Part shown: positions 12,975-28,911 of the stretch, piece after piece | Layout of the letters: the number at the start of each line of letters is the position of its first letter | Numbering within the stretch: position 1 is the first letter of the stretch | NCBI RefSeq assembly: GCF_004010195.1 | Contig: NC_057719.1 | Location: forward strand, 30,313,853 to 30,377,852 | DNA: 64,000 nucleotides | Reading direction: 5' to 3' | Source: Chiloscyllium plagiosum | Lineage: Eukaryota | Notes under the pieces: model-generated | Told to the model about the DNA's origin: nothing | The model's input: the letters and a program-made list of their open reading frames with translations, nothing else | The model's database searches: none | Translations under genes and position numbers: made by a program

Positions 12975-13545
12975 ATTCCGTCAGGAGTCCCTCAGAAATT
13001 CAGAGCAATACAAAGAACAAAAGACCACACAGCACAGGTACAGGTCCTTCGGCCCAACAAGACTGCACCAACATATGATGCCTTTCTAAACCTTGTGTTT
13101 CTATGCGGTCTGTATATCTCTGTTCCCTGCCTATTCATATGTTTGTCCAGCTGCCTCTTAAATATTGCTATTGCATCTATCACCAAAACCTCTGGCAGCA
13201 CATTCTAGGCACTTATCATTCTGTGTTTAAAAAAAAATTGCCTCGCACATCTCCTTTAAACTTGCCCCTTTTACCTTTAACCTTTCTACCCTGGGATCTG
13301 TTCTATCCGTGCCTTTCAAATTTATGAACTTCTATCAGATCAACCCATCTCTTTCGACGTTCAAGTGAAAACAATTCAAGTTTGTCCAATCTCTCCTCTT
13401 AACTAATATCGTCCAATCCAGGCAACATCCTGCTAAACAATTTCTGCACCCTCTTCAAAGCCTCCAGAGCCTTCTTGGTAGTGTGGTGACCAGGACTTTA
13501 CACAATATTTCAAATGTGATCTAAATAAAATTCTATATAGCTGCA
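12975..13545 (-). mobile_element. CR1 3' fragment, antisense
   Basis: Minus ORF LPEVLVIDAIAIFKRQLDKHM, typical CR1 ORF2 end. Confidence 0.88.
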
Positions 13546-13789
13546 GTGAGTCCCTATTGTCAACTCTACAAAGGAATTGCCCAGGGAATTAAATTTTCCA
13601 CTAGGCTATCCCTTTTATGCCTGGAATGCTCCAAACGTGTTTGTCTAAATTGAGACTTCAGTGGGTTCTGATGAAATTAATGTAATTACTCTAGAAAAGT
13701 TAGACTATTAAATACATAGTCTAACTCCCCTATGTAACTATTAAATCAGCTCCATATTTGCTACTCACATCCCACCTATACTTCCCCAA

Positions 13790-13990
13790 GATCCTTTAAA
13801 CACCCCAGTCATGACCTGATCCCCACATAAACCCCCCCCTCCACCTCCCCACCACCTCACACCATATCTACCCCTGGAATCCAACTCACTTGGCACCTTA
13901 CTTACCTGACATGCTACTCCCTACACACTTGGCATCCTTCCCCTGGCACTCTTCACCACTTACACTCTAATTACCTGGCACCCTACCATT
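13790..13990. repeat. C-rich degenerate minisatellite-like tract
   Basis: Repeated cacttggcacctt / ccctggcactctt / acctggcacccta units. Confidence 0.45.
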
Positions 13991-14014
13991 TAAACATTCA
14001 ATGGATGTGGGCAC

Positions 14015-14593
14015 TGTTATGGACCAGGCCATACCCATCAAAACATCTCAAGAAAATAGCCCAGACCCTAATTTTGCTAGTTGTTTTAAGCAGGTATAAT
14101 GCAAATATTCCAGGAGAGAATCAGCTGGTCAAACCACTTAGTTTTACAAGATTACCAAATGAACAGAAAGAACAGAAAACAGAATACCGAATACGTACCC
14201 TTTTCAAAAACCCAACAGATAATCTCTCTTAATGATGCTGTTCCAAAATATTGCAATAGTCCCTATAAAACACTCCTTGGCACAAAAGGTAAAATCAAAC
14301 ACAAGTTCTTACAGGATAGAAGTGAGAGAGAGAGAGAGAGAGAGGGAGAGTACCAGCCTGGATCTGGGTCTAGCAGCATTTATTTACACTATTGCTAAAA
14401 AAACCAAACTAGTGAAAAGCTAAACAGGGAGAACTGGCCACTCCCCTTTCATTGTACAACTATTTATTCTAATGTGAAAGCCTTCTGTCTGAGGTAGTAT
14501 CTGTTAGCTATTGGAACTTGTGTTGTTTATGACCTCTCTGGAAAATAAAAGCCGAGGACTGGATAACCTTGTTCAAGGAGCAGCTTCATCACA
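14015..14593. mobile_element. solo LTR (Gypsy-type, 579 bp)
   Basis: TGTTATG...CATCACA termini; exact 4-bp TSD GCAC at 14011-14014 and 14594-14597; internal (GA)n near 14324-14346. Confidence 0.85.
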
Positions 14594-14597
14594 GCAC

Positions 14598-15362
14598 CAC
14601 TGGCTGGGCTAACAATCATTGTCCATCCCTAGTTGTCCTTGAGAAGGTGGTGCTTCTTGAACAGCTGCAGTCCATTTGCTGTAGTTCGACCCCTAATGCC
14701 GCAGGGGAGAGAGAGAATTCTAGATATTTGACCGAACAACAGTGAAAGAATAGAAATATATTTTCAAGTCAGGTTGGTGACTGGCTTGGAGAAGAACTTG
14801 TAGGTGATGGTGTTTCCATGTATCCGCTGCCCTTTTTCTTATGGATGGATAATTGTGGTAAGTTTGGAAGGTGCTATTGAAGGAGCTTTGGAGAATTTCT
14901 GCAGGGCATCTTAAAGGTAAAAACTGCCGCTACTGAGCATTTGTGGTGGAGGGGGTGAATGTGGTACCAATCAAGTGGGCTGCTTATGGATGGCATCATG
15001 TTTGTTGAGTAATGTTGGGCTGCATCCATCCAGGCAAGTTGACAATATTCCATCATACTGCTGACTTTGCCTTGTAGATGATGGACAAGCTTTGGGAAGT
15101 CAGGAGATGAGTTACTCACTCCAGGATTTCTAGCTTCTGACCTGCTCTTACTGCTAGAGTATATAAGTGGCTAGTCCAGTTCAGTTTCTGGTCAATGCTA
15201 GTCCTCAGAATGTTGGTATTGAGGGATTTGATGTTAGTAACTCAATCAAATGCCAAGTGGCAATGGTTAAATTCTTCCCTCTTGGAGATGGTCATTGGCT
15301 GGCATTTATTTGGTACGAATGTTACTTGCCACTTGTCGGCCCAAAACTGGATAATGCCCCAG
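14598..15362 (-). mobile_element. second LINE family (CR1/L2 superfamily), 3' part, continuing at about 17690-18240
   Basis: Minus ORF SMMEYCQLAWMDAA; same tail as copies at 35120 and 54255; split by the Gypsy insertion. Confidence 0.75.
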
Positions 15363-15471
15363 TTGAAGTAACTCTACAGAGATCAGTATTCCATCATAAA
15401 GTCACCCTTTATTTACACATGGAGAGTCCTTGAAACTAATCCAGTTCCCTCAGAGCCAGCTCTCAGAATCA

Positions 15472-15618
15472 ATGGTGGCTCAGTGGTTACCACTGCTGCC
15501 TCACAGCACCAGGGTCCCAGGTTCAATTCCTGAAGGTTAGGTGAATTGGCCATGCTAAATTGTCCGTAGTGTTAGGTGCATTAGTCAAAGGGAAATGGGA
15601 CTGGATGGGTTACTCTTC
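15472..15618 (+). mobile_element. deleted HE1-like SINE inside the Gypsy 3' LTR
   Basis: tggtggctcagtggttaccactgctgcctcacagc...ggttcaattcc; absent from the other LTR. Confidence 0.85.
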
Positions 15619-15884
15619 TTATCTGTCAGCCAGGGCTCCCAATTGGACCAAATTATTAACCCCAATCAGGGAACTCATCCTATCAGATGCATCTAGCTGA
15701 CTTTGTTATAATCACTACAACCCTCCCCTCTCTGAGTCTGTGGACATAGGCCAGTTCTTTTCTTTGTAACAGCTTCTGGGGTGTTTTAGCATCAGGTCAA
15801 ATTCCTCCAACTCTGCCTCTGATACGGGCAGTGTGTAATGCATAGTGGCTTGCCTCTTGCACCCAAAACATCCCAGAAGAATTT

Positions 15885-16350
15885 AGAGTCCTACAGTCAT
15901 ACAGCATAGAAACAAATCATTCGGTCCAACTAGTCCATGTTCCCAAACCAAACTCATCCCATTTGCCTGTGTCTGGACCATATCCCTCCAAACTTTTCCT
16001 ATTCATGAACTTATCCAAATGTCTTTTAAATGTTGTAACTGTATCTGCATCCACCACTTCCTCTGACAGTTCATTCCATAAATGAACCACTTTCTGTGTT
16101 TTAAAAAAAAGTTGCCCCCATCTCCTTTTTAAATCTTTCTCCTCTCGCCTTAAAAATATGCCCCTTAGTCTTGAATCCCCCTACCTCTTGCTATTCACCT
16201 TATCTACGTCTCTCATGATTTTATAAATCTCTAAGGTCATCCCTCAACCTTCTATGCTCCAGTGAAATAATGTTTCAGCCTATCTTTATAACTCAAATCT
16301 ACCATTCATGGCAACATTCTGGTGAATCTTTTCTGAATTCTCTCATTTAA
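15885..16350 (-). mobile_element. CR1 3' fragment nested in the Gypsy element
   Basis: Reverse complement of the CR1 tail seen at 23000-23400. Confidence 0.85.
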
Positions 16351-16912
16351 CTAGACATTTATTTTTATTGGTTCTGATTTGGATGTTGCTAAGCAATTTA
16401 ATTGTTTCAAGACAGATGTAGGTGGGCTTTCCAGGGTGTGCACACTCCTGGATACTGACCTATGAGTTCTTTTACTCAACTCCGGTCTAGTGGGACTCTT
16501 GCTGTCTTGAGTCCACACAGCAGCAACTACAATAGCTTGTGGCCCGGATCCTGAAGAAAATATTAATTGTTTAGCCAAAGCTTGGCTACATTATTTGTGA
16601 TTTTGCTGCGGTCTGACCTCGAGTCCCTCTTTTCAGGCTATGTCCTGGGTGAGGATATGAAATTTCCTTCATTCAAGTGGTGAAGTGGTGTTCCCCAAGC
16701 TCAGTCATACTGGCAAGTGATTCCACTTCCATCAGAATACCCTGCAACTCATATGGTCCACTTGCCACATTTTCCAATAATAAAGCCAGTTGTAGTGCCT
16801 GTTTGAAGTCCAGTTGGGCTTCAGCTAGTAAGAGCTTTTGCGTAGCTACATCATTAATCCCACATACCAAATGGTCTTTCAGCATTTTATTAAAGGCCAC
16901 CTGCCTCTGCTA

Positions 16913-17038
16913 TCTTCTGGATCAGTGGTGCTGGAAGAGCACAGCAGTTCAGGCAGCATGGATGCTGCCTGAACTGCTGTGCTCTTCCAGCACCACTGAT
17001 CCAGAATCTGGTTTCCAGCATCTGCAGTCATTGTTTTT
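16913..17038. mobile_element. palindromic Penelope-like element collapsed to a perfect hairpin
   Basis: Arms 16915-16959 and 16962-17006 are exact reverse complements; 14-bp TSD with 1 mismatch at 16899-16912 and 17039-17052. Confidence 0.88.
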
Positions 17039-19141
17039 ACCTGTCTCTGCTAGTCATCTTAACCTAGTCAAAAATCCCAAAACCGACTCCCCTGGTTCTT
17101 GATTTGCTGAGTAAAACTGATAACATCTCAGAGTTAGAGGAGGCATGGAGTCATAACATTCCCTTAATTAGATCTGTCAATGCTTGGAAGATTTTAGTAT
17201 TTGGTGCCTCAGGAAAAGTTAGGCTCCTAATAACCAAAAAGCTGCAGGTCCACAAGCTGTCAGGGGAATTACTCTTTGCTTTTCATCTGTTCCAATATCA
17301 TTTGCTAGAAAAAAAAATAACATGTACTTTCCATGTTCTGGGCCCAGTCTTTGACTGCAGGATCGAACAATTCAAACCTGCCAAATAATGGCATGATGCC
17401 AGAAATGCTTACCCCAATTCAAAGACCACTGTTGTGAGTGAATTTCATCAGGACTATGCTTTTCTCTCATCACCACTGAAATAACCCCAGACAGTCTGGT
17501 TTCCCATCACCAAGTCACCCTTTATTTACACATGGAAGATACAGCTCCCTCAGAACCAGCTCTCAGAGTGACCAGGATAGCTGACGCTCCTGTTCTTATC
17601 TGTTAGCCAGGTCTCCCTAATTGGACCAGATTAGCAACCCCAATCAGTGAACTTCTATTCTGAGGTCTACCTGGTTGACCTCGTTACAATCTTGCTGCAT
17701 TTGGACATGGACTGTGACAGAATCTGAGGAATTGTAAATAGTGCTGAAAATTATGCAATTATCAGCAAACTTCCCTCTTCTTACCTTATGATGGAGGGAA
17801 GATTGTTGATTAAGCAGTTGAAGATGATTAAGACATTACCCTGAGGAACTCCTGCAGTTATGTCCTGGAGCCGAGATGATTGACTTCCAACAAGTAAAAC
17901 CAAACCATTTTCCTTGTGCCAGATGTGACTTCAAACCATAGAGATATTTCCCCTTTATTTCCATTGACTCCAGGTTTTCTAGGGTTCCCTGATGCCACAC
18001 TTTCAAATTATGTCTTAATGTTAAGGGCAGTCACTCTCATTCACCTCTGGAATGCAGCTCCTTTGTCCATGTTTGAACCAAACTGAGCAGAGTGGTGCTG
18101 GTGGAACTCAAACTGAGGATCAGTTGCGATGGTAATTGGCTGGGTTCAATTTGTTCTTCTTTTGTGTACAGGACATAGTGGGCAATTTAAAGTTGTCAGC
18201 AAGATGCTAGCGTTGTAACTGCACTATCAGTTTGGCTAGATGTGCAACAAGTTGTGAAACACAATTTTTCTGTGAGAGATTGCCACTCTTGGGAAAATCT
18301 TGCCCCATGTGCTTTAAAGAAATGTGTATTGTACATCCAAAGGTCTTTTAAGTATCTGATGTTTTCTATATTAATCATAATATTAACTGCTTTGACTAAG
18401 ATAGCAAGTACCTTTTCAACAAAGCAGACAGCATGTTTTTTTTTTCCAAAGAGCCTGCAAAAGTTAATTTAATTTATAGTTCTTGAACATGACATTGCCC
18501 ACAAACCATATTCTTTAACTAAAGTGTCAAACATATGGTGGTGGATTTATATGATAACAGCTTAGCATAGTTGAAATAATTCAAATTGCTGATATGTCCT
18601 TGTTTCAATTCTGGAGTTAGCGATGGTGAATCTTGAGACTTAACCCTTACATATATTTTCTTAATATTTGCAAATTAGAAAAATGCCATTACAGTTTTGA
18701 TTGTTGTGATATTTCTCTAAAAAAAATGATCTTAACCAAAAAAATGCTATTGCAGATCAGTTAATTTGACTTTGCAATATGTTAGCATTATGCTCAATCT
18801 AGCTCAAAATTTCGCACATTTGCAGGGCCCACTCTTCTAACTTTTGCAAAATGTCATTTTTACTCCTTTTCATGCACTTTTCAACAGAGCTATTGTGTTT
18901 TTTTTTTGTTTTTTTTAAAGACTAAAACTCCAATTCAGGACATCTAGTGTCTGATAAGTTAAGTTACTTTGGAGCAGGAAAGTTCATTTTATTCCAATTT
19001 TGTAAAATCAAGACTTGATTTTGTTTTGACCATTTGATCTTAAATTGAAATTGTCTACAAAACACAGACAGCATTTGATGAATAAGCCCCGTATATACAT
19101 ACTTTTATAGTTTCTCCTATTGAATTTCAGTATTCCTTTGA

Positions 19142-19432
<291 letters not shown>

Positions 19433-20582
19433 TGAAAATTGATCTTTAAAAAGAATGATTCATGCTATATCATAGATTTCTCCATTCACTGACCTCCTTA
19501 GAAAAAACATTGTAGAAGCATGTTTGAGCTCCTATTGTTATGAACATGGTTGAATAGAATTTTGGGGTAGGGGTGTTGTTGAGAGAGCAGTAGTTATGAG
19601 GAGGAGCTAGAACTTGGTGTTGGAATTCAAAGCCTGCAACTACTTCTCAAGGAGATTATAGCCAAAATTATTTAGTCAGGAAATTACTGTATTTGCAAAA
19701 AAAAAAAATTCCTGTGGTGTTAGAAGGGAGGTTAGAAAACATTGTAAAAAAGGGAAGGTAAAATGTTGTGTTTCTCTATACAAGCTAGAGGAGAGAAGCT
19801 GCCACTTCAAACAATATGCTCACCAAAGAAAGCAACAACAAAGGAGGGACAGAACAGTATGTACCTGTATGACCAGCCCAAGTGTGGCAGCTTAACATAA
19901 GAAAAAGTCTAATAAGCCTGCTTGGAGATGCAAAGGAACTAATTCCACATTTTCACCACTCATTGTGTTGAAAAATTGTTACCTGATTTCATTCCTAAGT
20001 GGACTAGTTGTAATTTTAAGATTATTTCTTCAAGTTTCACCAGAAGAAATAGATTATTTGTGACTATGCTACTGCATCGCAAAGATTTAAACACTCCTAT
20101 TAGCTTGTCCAATAGCCATCCATCTTGCAAACTTGAGGAAATGCACATTAGTTTTGTGCAATCTGTCTTCAATATTTAACCATCTAACACCAAACGAAGT
20201 GAACAGGTGCAAAGGTTTTTTTTAAGTGACACATAGAAATGTGTAAGCTTTAAAAGCACATCTACCTTCAAGGTGTCATCTCGAATCCTAGGTACCTGGT
20301 TAGTCATCCACACAATATTGAAAGGGCTGAAATTGTGAAGTCTAATTTATGTGTCAGCAGTCAAATATGGGTGGGAATGTCTGCTGGCCATGTCAGTAAG
20401 TTTGGGTTTGGTGTAAAAGTCAGTGAGGATTCAATGTCATCGTACAAAAGTAGACAAATAGTGGTAGACTAATGTGTTTAAAGCTATATTGTATCATTTC
20501 AAATCATTCCAGCTGATTGGCGTTCTAGTTGGAATATATATTTTGTGCTTGGCTTTCCAGAAAAATCAGTGCTGATGATTAA

Positions 20583-21241
20583 GGCTGGGGTTTTCTCCTC
20601 CACAGGTTGTGGAGAAGGTGGCAAAAAGGGCACATAATTGGTCAGGTTGGCACCAAGGAGATAGCTGCCCCCTTCTCAATGCCTTGAATTAAGGCCTGGG
20701 CAAGATGGTCCATGGTCCGTCCTCCTGACCTGCTGTCAATTAAGGCCCTTAAGTGATCAATTAATCAGTGGTCTATGCACCACCAGCCTGCTAACTGTAT
20801 TCCTTGCAGGTTAAAAAGAAGTGGCAGTCTCCTGGACCTCTATAATAGGGTGGCCTTCCTACTTGCCAAATTTTGGGATGGGGTCCCCAATTGCCACATT
20901 CTGGGGTATGTTGGCTACTTAAAGCCCCCTCCCTGCTTTTGCCTCTGACTCTCCTGACCCTCTTCTCCTGTGAAACCCCACCACCCAAAAAAGATCTCAC
21001 CTTCCCACTACAGTTGTTCAGCCAACAGTCTTGGCCTTCGAAATGGTGCTTTTGTTCGGTGCTGCCACCTCTGATTGGCCAGCAGCTTCAAGCAGCATGT
21101 GACACCTCTGAGTTGAGAATGGATTGGCTGGTAAGCCCACTGGCTCATCACTAATTGGCACTGGATCCAGTGGGACATTTTGTTCATGGGGCTGGTTTGT
21201 CTCATCCCTACACCTCGACCAAAACAGGGAAGTCCCCAGCC
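20583..21241. mobile_element. non-autonomous DNA transposon (PIF/Harbinger-like MITE)
   Basis: GGCTGGGG...CCCCAGCC termini; flanks TAA and TCA (3-bp TSD, 1 mismatch); GC-richer than surroundings. Confidence 0.6.
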
Positions 21242-21328
21242 TCAGGTATATATTGCACTCTCTGAAATGTTCTCCTTCACATATCTAGGAGTAAGTTTCT
21301 GGAAATTTATTTTCTATTTATTTGGTAG

Positions 21329-23402
<2,074 letters not shown>

Positions 23403-23842
23403 CTATTTGGGCTCATTGTCTTTTTAAGGAATAAAATCACAGTGCTAAAACTTTGATTTGTTTTTGAGCACTGTATAATATGGTACCTTATTAAAATACA
23501 ACATCATTAGTTTATTGACTGCATTGAGATGGCATATAAACCATGGCCTCAAACATTCTTGAGACCCAAGAAGGCAGTGAAATAATACAAAATGAGAGCT
23601 GCGAAGGCAGATTACGAAGCAATTTTGAATGCTGGAATTACATTCTTGCCACTTATTCTATCACTGTTTACCCCAGACAGCCAGAATAATTTATCCTTGA
23701 ATCAGGCAAATGTTGTTAAATTTTACAATTTGATATGTAAACTATATTAGCCAATGGCAACTGGTGTGGCTCGTTCAACACCTGTTCATATCTAATTCAA
23801 AGTTTAATTACCTATCATTAGTTTTTGAACATTTAACACTAA

Positions 23843-24162
23843 GCCAGCGGCATGGTGGCTCAGTGGTTAGCACTGATGCCTCACAGCGCCAGGGACCCAG
23901 GTTCAATTCAAGCTTTTGGCAACTGTCTGTATGGAGTTTGCACATTCTCCCTGTGTCTGTGTGGGGTTTCCTCCAGGTGCTCCGGTTTCCTCCCACAGTC
24001 CAAAAATGTGCAGGTTAGGTGAATTGGCCAATCTAAATTACCAATAATGTTAGGTGCATTAGTCAGAGGGAAATGGGTCTGGGTGGGTTACTTTTCGGAG
24101 GGTTGGTGTGGACTTGTTGGGCTGAAGGGTCTGTTCCTAAACTGCAGAGAATCTAATTTAAT
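23843..24162 (+). mobile_element. HE1-like SINE, near full length
   Basis: tRNA head (A/B boxes), central gtgctccggtttcctcccacagtccaaa (V-domain-like), CR1-like tail. Confidence 0.92.
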
Positions 24163-24569
24163 AGCTGAAATCAATTCCTTGTTATTTGTATCTTTTTCAT
24201 TGTCCCATACTGGGGGTAAAACTGGAAGGAGTTAATATTCATCATTATTACAGATTGTAAAATTGCCCAAGAATTTCCTGGACAAGACCTGTCTGGAATC
24301 TTTGAAGCACACGTTATAGCAGAGTACAGCTCAATATGGGCAAAATACATTAATGCAAACATTCCCACTGTAAGTAATCAGCATCATACAAAATATTTCC
24401 CTTAGTATCAATACTGGATACCATCACCTATTAATCCCTGACATCCACTCTATGAATGAGGTATGTTTTAAATGAGGCATGTTATCCTAATCTTGGAATG
24501 TTTGCTAGGGTAAGCAGGCAACAGCTACAGTCCTGGTGTACGTTGCTGGGACTGTCGGACTATAGTACT

Positions 24570-24668
24570 CAGATGAAGAGTTATCTAGCCTCAAAACATT
24601 AGCTTGCTCTCTCTCCATGAATGCTGTCTGACCCCTCTGTATTCTCCAGCATTTGTTGTTTTCAGTAT
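24570..24668 (+). mobile_element. half copy of palindromic Penelope-like element, degenerate
   Basis: cagatgaagagt...caaaacattagc...atgctgtctgacc...ctccagcatttg. Confidence 0.55.
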
Positions 24669-25436
24669 TGAAGATGTTCTTGAGAGATTTGATGCAGTGG
24701 TGTTGGGAGCAATGTTCCCTCTAATGTGCACTGTTACACAACAACCCCAAGGTTCCTGTGCACCCAAACACAAGTCGATCGCTGTACTGCGTCTGTGCTA
24801 ATACACAAAAAAGATGCAAGGACCCGTACTTAAATGAAAGGATCGTTGAATTATAGGTTTGGTTGATATCTCTTTTACTTTTAAATCATATAAATTATCA
24901 CAATTAGTACATGAAGTGCTCACAGTAAATATGGTGCAACTTTAAATCTGTGAACATCTTGCCTCGTCACAGGATTGATGCTGTTTAATACTTTAACTTT
25001 AACTTTAAAATGGAGATGAAGCATATGCATTGACATATGGTTGATTATCCAAGACTCCCAGCAATTCCAGGTGAACTAAAGTTGCATTGATGTCTCACAA
25101 AAGTAAAACCTCACAAAAAAGCTTTCCAATGAAACGCTGTGAAAAGGTGTCACAAAATGTTCTAACTTGGCTATTACTCCACCAGACTGATTCCATTGGA
25201 GAAAGAAATTGCAAAAGACTGATTTATTTTTCTGGCTATTTACAGATAGTATATTCAAAAATAAGGGAGATTAATTTGTCTTGTACACAGTAATGAGTGA
25301 ACTTGACCAAAATACTGTAGTAATGGTTCTTAAGAGGCCAGTATTCCTTTTTTCTCCTTAGTTAGAAGTAACAGACAATGCCTGTTTTTATTGTGTTTAT
25401 AGTGAATTAATTTTTCACATTTCAAGAAAAGTTTGA

Positions 25437-25622
<186 letters not shown>

Positions 25623-26537
25623 TAATTTTTGTCTTTTCTGATGCAAATGTCAGATATTTGAACATCAGCTTCTAATTTCATTTTATTAATCAGAGTTCAG
25701 AGCTGTAATTTTCTTTTGGAAGAGAAATATTCTTAATGGAATGTATCACATTTTGTATTTAAAAACAACTTAAAGGCACAACATTATAGTTTATGATAAC
25801 ATTAGGTTAAAAAAAAATGAACGTACCAGCTTTCCTTTTGTTGAAATACATTGTGCACATAGCCTTTCCACGCTGTCCAAAAATGTAAACTAGTTCTGTT
25901 GCTGTGGTATGTTTCAATTACTTTAACATATTCTAAGGTATATTATGGAATCCTCTAGGCTACAAGAAAAGACTGATCTATGGTAGCTACTGGCAGTGAA
26001 AATAATATGGGGAGAGAAAAGTAAAATATTCACAGTTTCTGATTTCACAATTTGGTCTGCATAAATCATTTTAATACGGCGTTAATTCTGTATGCAGCAG
26101 CAACATCTATACTTGGGTCTTCCTGTCTGAAGAGCCAAAATGACGAAAAGCTGCAGTGAAACATCAACATGTGATGTATTCCTGTGTTCCCTCACACAAA
26201 AAGAAAGCACGCACCTTGGCACTTCCTCCCCTTTTCCTTTTGTCCTCTTATTCCATTCCCAGATCCTTCCTTTAGCCTGATTCCAGTGACATTTCCTCCC
26301 CTTAATTTTTCCTTTGCTTCTCCGTTCCTCCCATACCTTGTTCTTTTCTGTCCTCTCCCTTGCTTCTCTCTCTTCCATCCTGTAATTTTCTCCAGTATAA
26401 CATTGGCTATTTGTGCTCCTCAATTCTGTACATTTACCCATCAGCATTTTAATCAATCTACCAGTGATGATAATTGCTTTCAGATGCCCAAGTGAAAAGG
26501 CCCACCCCAAAACGCATTAGCCTCACTACCTCTCTCT

Positions 26538-27000
26538 AAGATGTTGCCAGGTATGGAAAATCTGAGTTATAAAGGAAAGTTGGATAGGCTGGGACTTTTT
26601 TCACTGGAGCGCAGGAGGTTAAGAGGTGACCTTATAGAAGTTTATAAAATAATGAGGGGTACCGAGAGGGTTAATGGTCAGTGTCTTTTCCCCAGGATGG
26701 GGATTTTCAAGACTAGGGGACATATTTTAAGGTGAGAGAAGAGAGATTTAAAAATACACGAGGGACAAATGTTTGACACACGGGGTGGTTCAATTGTGTG
26801 GAATGAACTTCCTGAGGAAGTGGTAGGTGTGGGTACACTTACAATGTTTAAAAGTTGGATAAGTACATGAATATGAAAGTTTTGGAGAGATATGGATCAG
26901 GAGCAAGCAGGTCGGACTAGTTTAGTTTGGCATTATGTTCAACATGGACTGTTTGGACTGAAGGGTCTGTTCCCATGCTGTATGGCTCTATGATGCTATG
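26538..27000 (+). mobile_element. CR1 3' fragment
   Basis: ORF 26541..26735 LFSLERRRLRGDLIEVYKIM. Confidence 0.93.
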
Positions 27001-27554
27001 CTTCTTATAGTCCACCTGTTTAAATAAGCTTTTGGTGATTCACCTTAATATCTTCTTTTGTGGTTCAATGTCAAATGTTGCTGAAAATAGTCCTGTGAAG
27101 AAGCATCTTAAAGTATTTTGCTTCGATAAAACCCATATATAAATGCATGTTGCTGGGAAACCAGTCTGATGCAAGAAAACCATTTGTGATCTAGCAGTTC
27201 TGCAGTATTTCTCTTTTGTAGCAGCAGATTCCCTGGAGAGGGAAGACCTGGTCTTAAGGTTTAAGGAGGTGGGGAAATCAAGCCAGAAATTGTAAAAATG
27301 CTACAAGCACTTTGCATTAAGTCAAACCAATAGACACATAGCGCTATTGAAAATCTTGATTTGTATCAAGATAAATGTTACATTTTGTCATTTATCTGTG
27401 TTACTCCTACTGAGTGCATTTTATTGCATAAATGTTATAGCAATATACATTAACATGAGTTTAATCACATGTTGTCAACAAATTTTGTCCTTTGCTATCA
27501 TAATTTGTAGAAAATGTTCATTAGATTCTCTTTTATCTTAACCTGTCTATAAGA

Positions 27555-27935
27555 AGGAAAGATCTTATATTTATACAACACCTTTCACATCCTTGTAATA
27601 TCCTGAAGTTCTTCACAGATTAATATATAACTTTGTAAAAGTGTAGGTGATGTTATGTTGACTTGTGTGGTAACCAGTTTGCACATTCTACAAACAATAA
27701 AGGAGATCAAAGATTGGATCTATTTTAGTAGTTTGGACTGATGGTCTGTGCTGGCCCAAAGAGTCCAGCTGCTCTTAGTGTTCTGGAATATTCAATGACC
27801 AACTGGACAGGTGCTTGGTTTATCATCTCATCCAGAAGATAGCTCCTCTGACAATATAACACTGCCTCTGTACTGAGCTAGAATATCAAACCAAAATATG
27901 TGCTGAAGGAGTGAGGTTTTTATTCTCTGATCTTC
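27555..27935 (-). mobile_element. old Deu-domain SINE, antisense
   Basis: Reverse complement gttatattgtcagaggagctatcttctggatgagatgataaaccaagc resembles the recalled DeuSINE core. Confidence 0.6.
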
Positions 27936-27956
27936 TAGTTTCTCAACAAAAGTAAT

Positions 27957-28911
27957 ATGATTTGGATGCGAGCATAAGAGGTATAGTTAGTAAGTTTGCA
28001 GATGACACCAAAATTGGAGGTATAGTGGACAGCAAAGAGGGTTACCTCAGATTACAACAGGATCTTAACAATATGGGCCAATGGGCTGAGAAGTGGCAGA
28101 TGGAGTTTAATTCAGATAAATGTGAGGTGCTGCATTTTGGGAAAGCAAATCTTAGCAGGACTTATACACTTAATGGTAAGGTCCTAGGGAGTGTTGCTGA
28201 AGAAAGAGACCTTGGAGTGCAGGTTCATAGCTCCTTGAAAGTGGAGTCGCAGGTAGATAAGATAGTGAAGAAAGCGTTTGGTATGCTTTCCTTTATTGAT
28301 CAGAGTATTGAGTACAGGAGTTGGGAGGTCATGTTGCAGCTGTACAGAACATTGGTTAGGCCAGTGTTGGAATATTGTGTGCAATTCTGGTCTCCTTCCT
28401 ATTGGAAAGATGTTGTGAAACTTGAAAGGGTTCAGAAAAGACTTTACAAGGATGTTGCCAGGGTTAGAGGATCTGAGCTACAGGGAGAGGCTGAACAGGC
28501 TGGGGCTGTATTCCCTGTAGCATCGGAGGCTGAGGGGTGACCTTATAGAGGTTTACAAAATTGAGGGGCATGGATAGGATAAATATACAAAGTCTTTTCC
28601 CTGGGGTCGGGGAGTCAAGAACTAGAGGGCATAGGTTTAGGGTGAGAGGGGAAAGATATAAAAGAGACCTAAGGGGCAACGTTTCATGCAGAGGGTGATA
28701 CGTGTGAGGAATGAGCTGCCAGAGGATGTGGTGGAGGCTGGTACAATTGCAACATTTAAGAGGCATTTGGATAGGTATATGAATAGCAAGGGTTTGGAGG
28801 GATATGGGCCGGGTGCTGGCAGGTGGGACTAGATTGGGTTGGGATATATGGTCGGCATGGATGGGTTGGACCAAAGGGTCTGTTTTCATGCTGTACATCT
28901 CTATGACTCTA
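27957..28911 (+). mobile_element. CR1 LINE 3' fragment, relatively young
   Basis: ORF 27962..28540 [11 protein letters not shown]...; tail atctctatgactct. Confidence 0.95.

Larger units (their letters stand above)
15363..17690 (-). mobile_element. internally deleted Ty3/Gypsy LTR retrotransposon
   Basis: Direct repeats about 15363-15719 and 17476-17690 (shared aagtcaccctttatttacacatgga, cagctctcaga, ccccaatcag); PBS-like TGGTGATGAG (rc 17466-17475); PPT GAGAGGGGAGGG (rc ~15721-15732); gag remnants MPLFGRFELFDP (ATG rc 17392-17394) and LKDHLVCGINDVATQKLLLAE. Confidence 0.88.

Noticed and set aside
23843..23930. tRNA gene
   Set aside because: A/B boxes belong to a SINE head followed by SINE body and tail; no complete cloverleaf. 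Same for 4935, 15472 and 46925.
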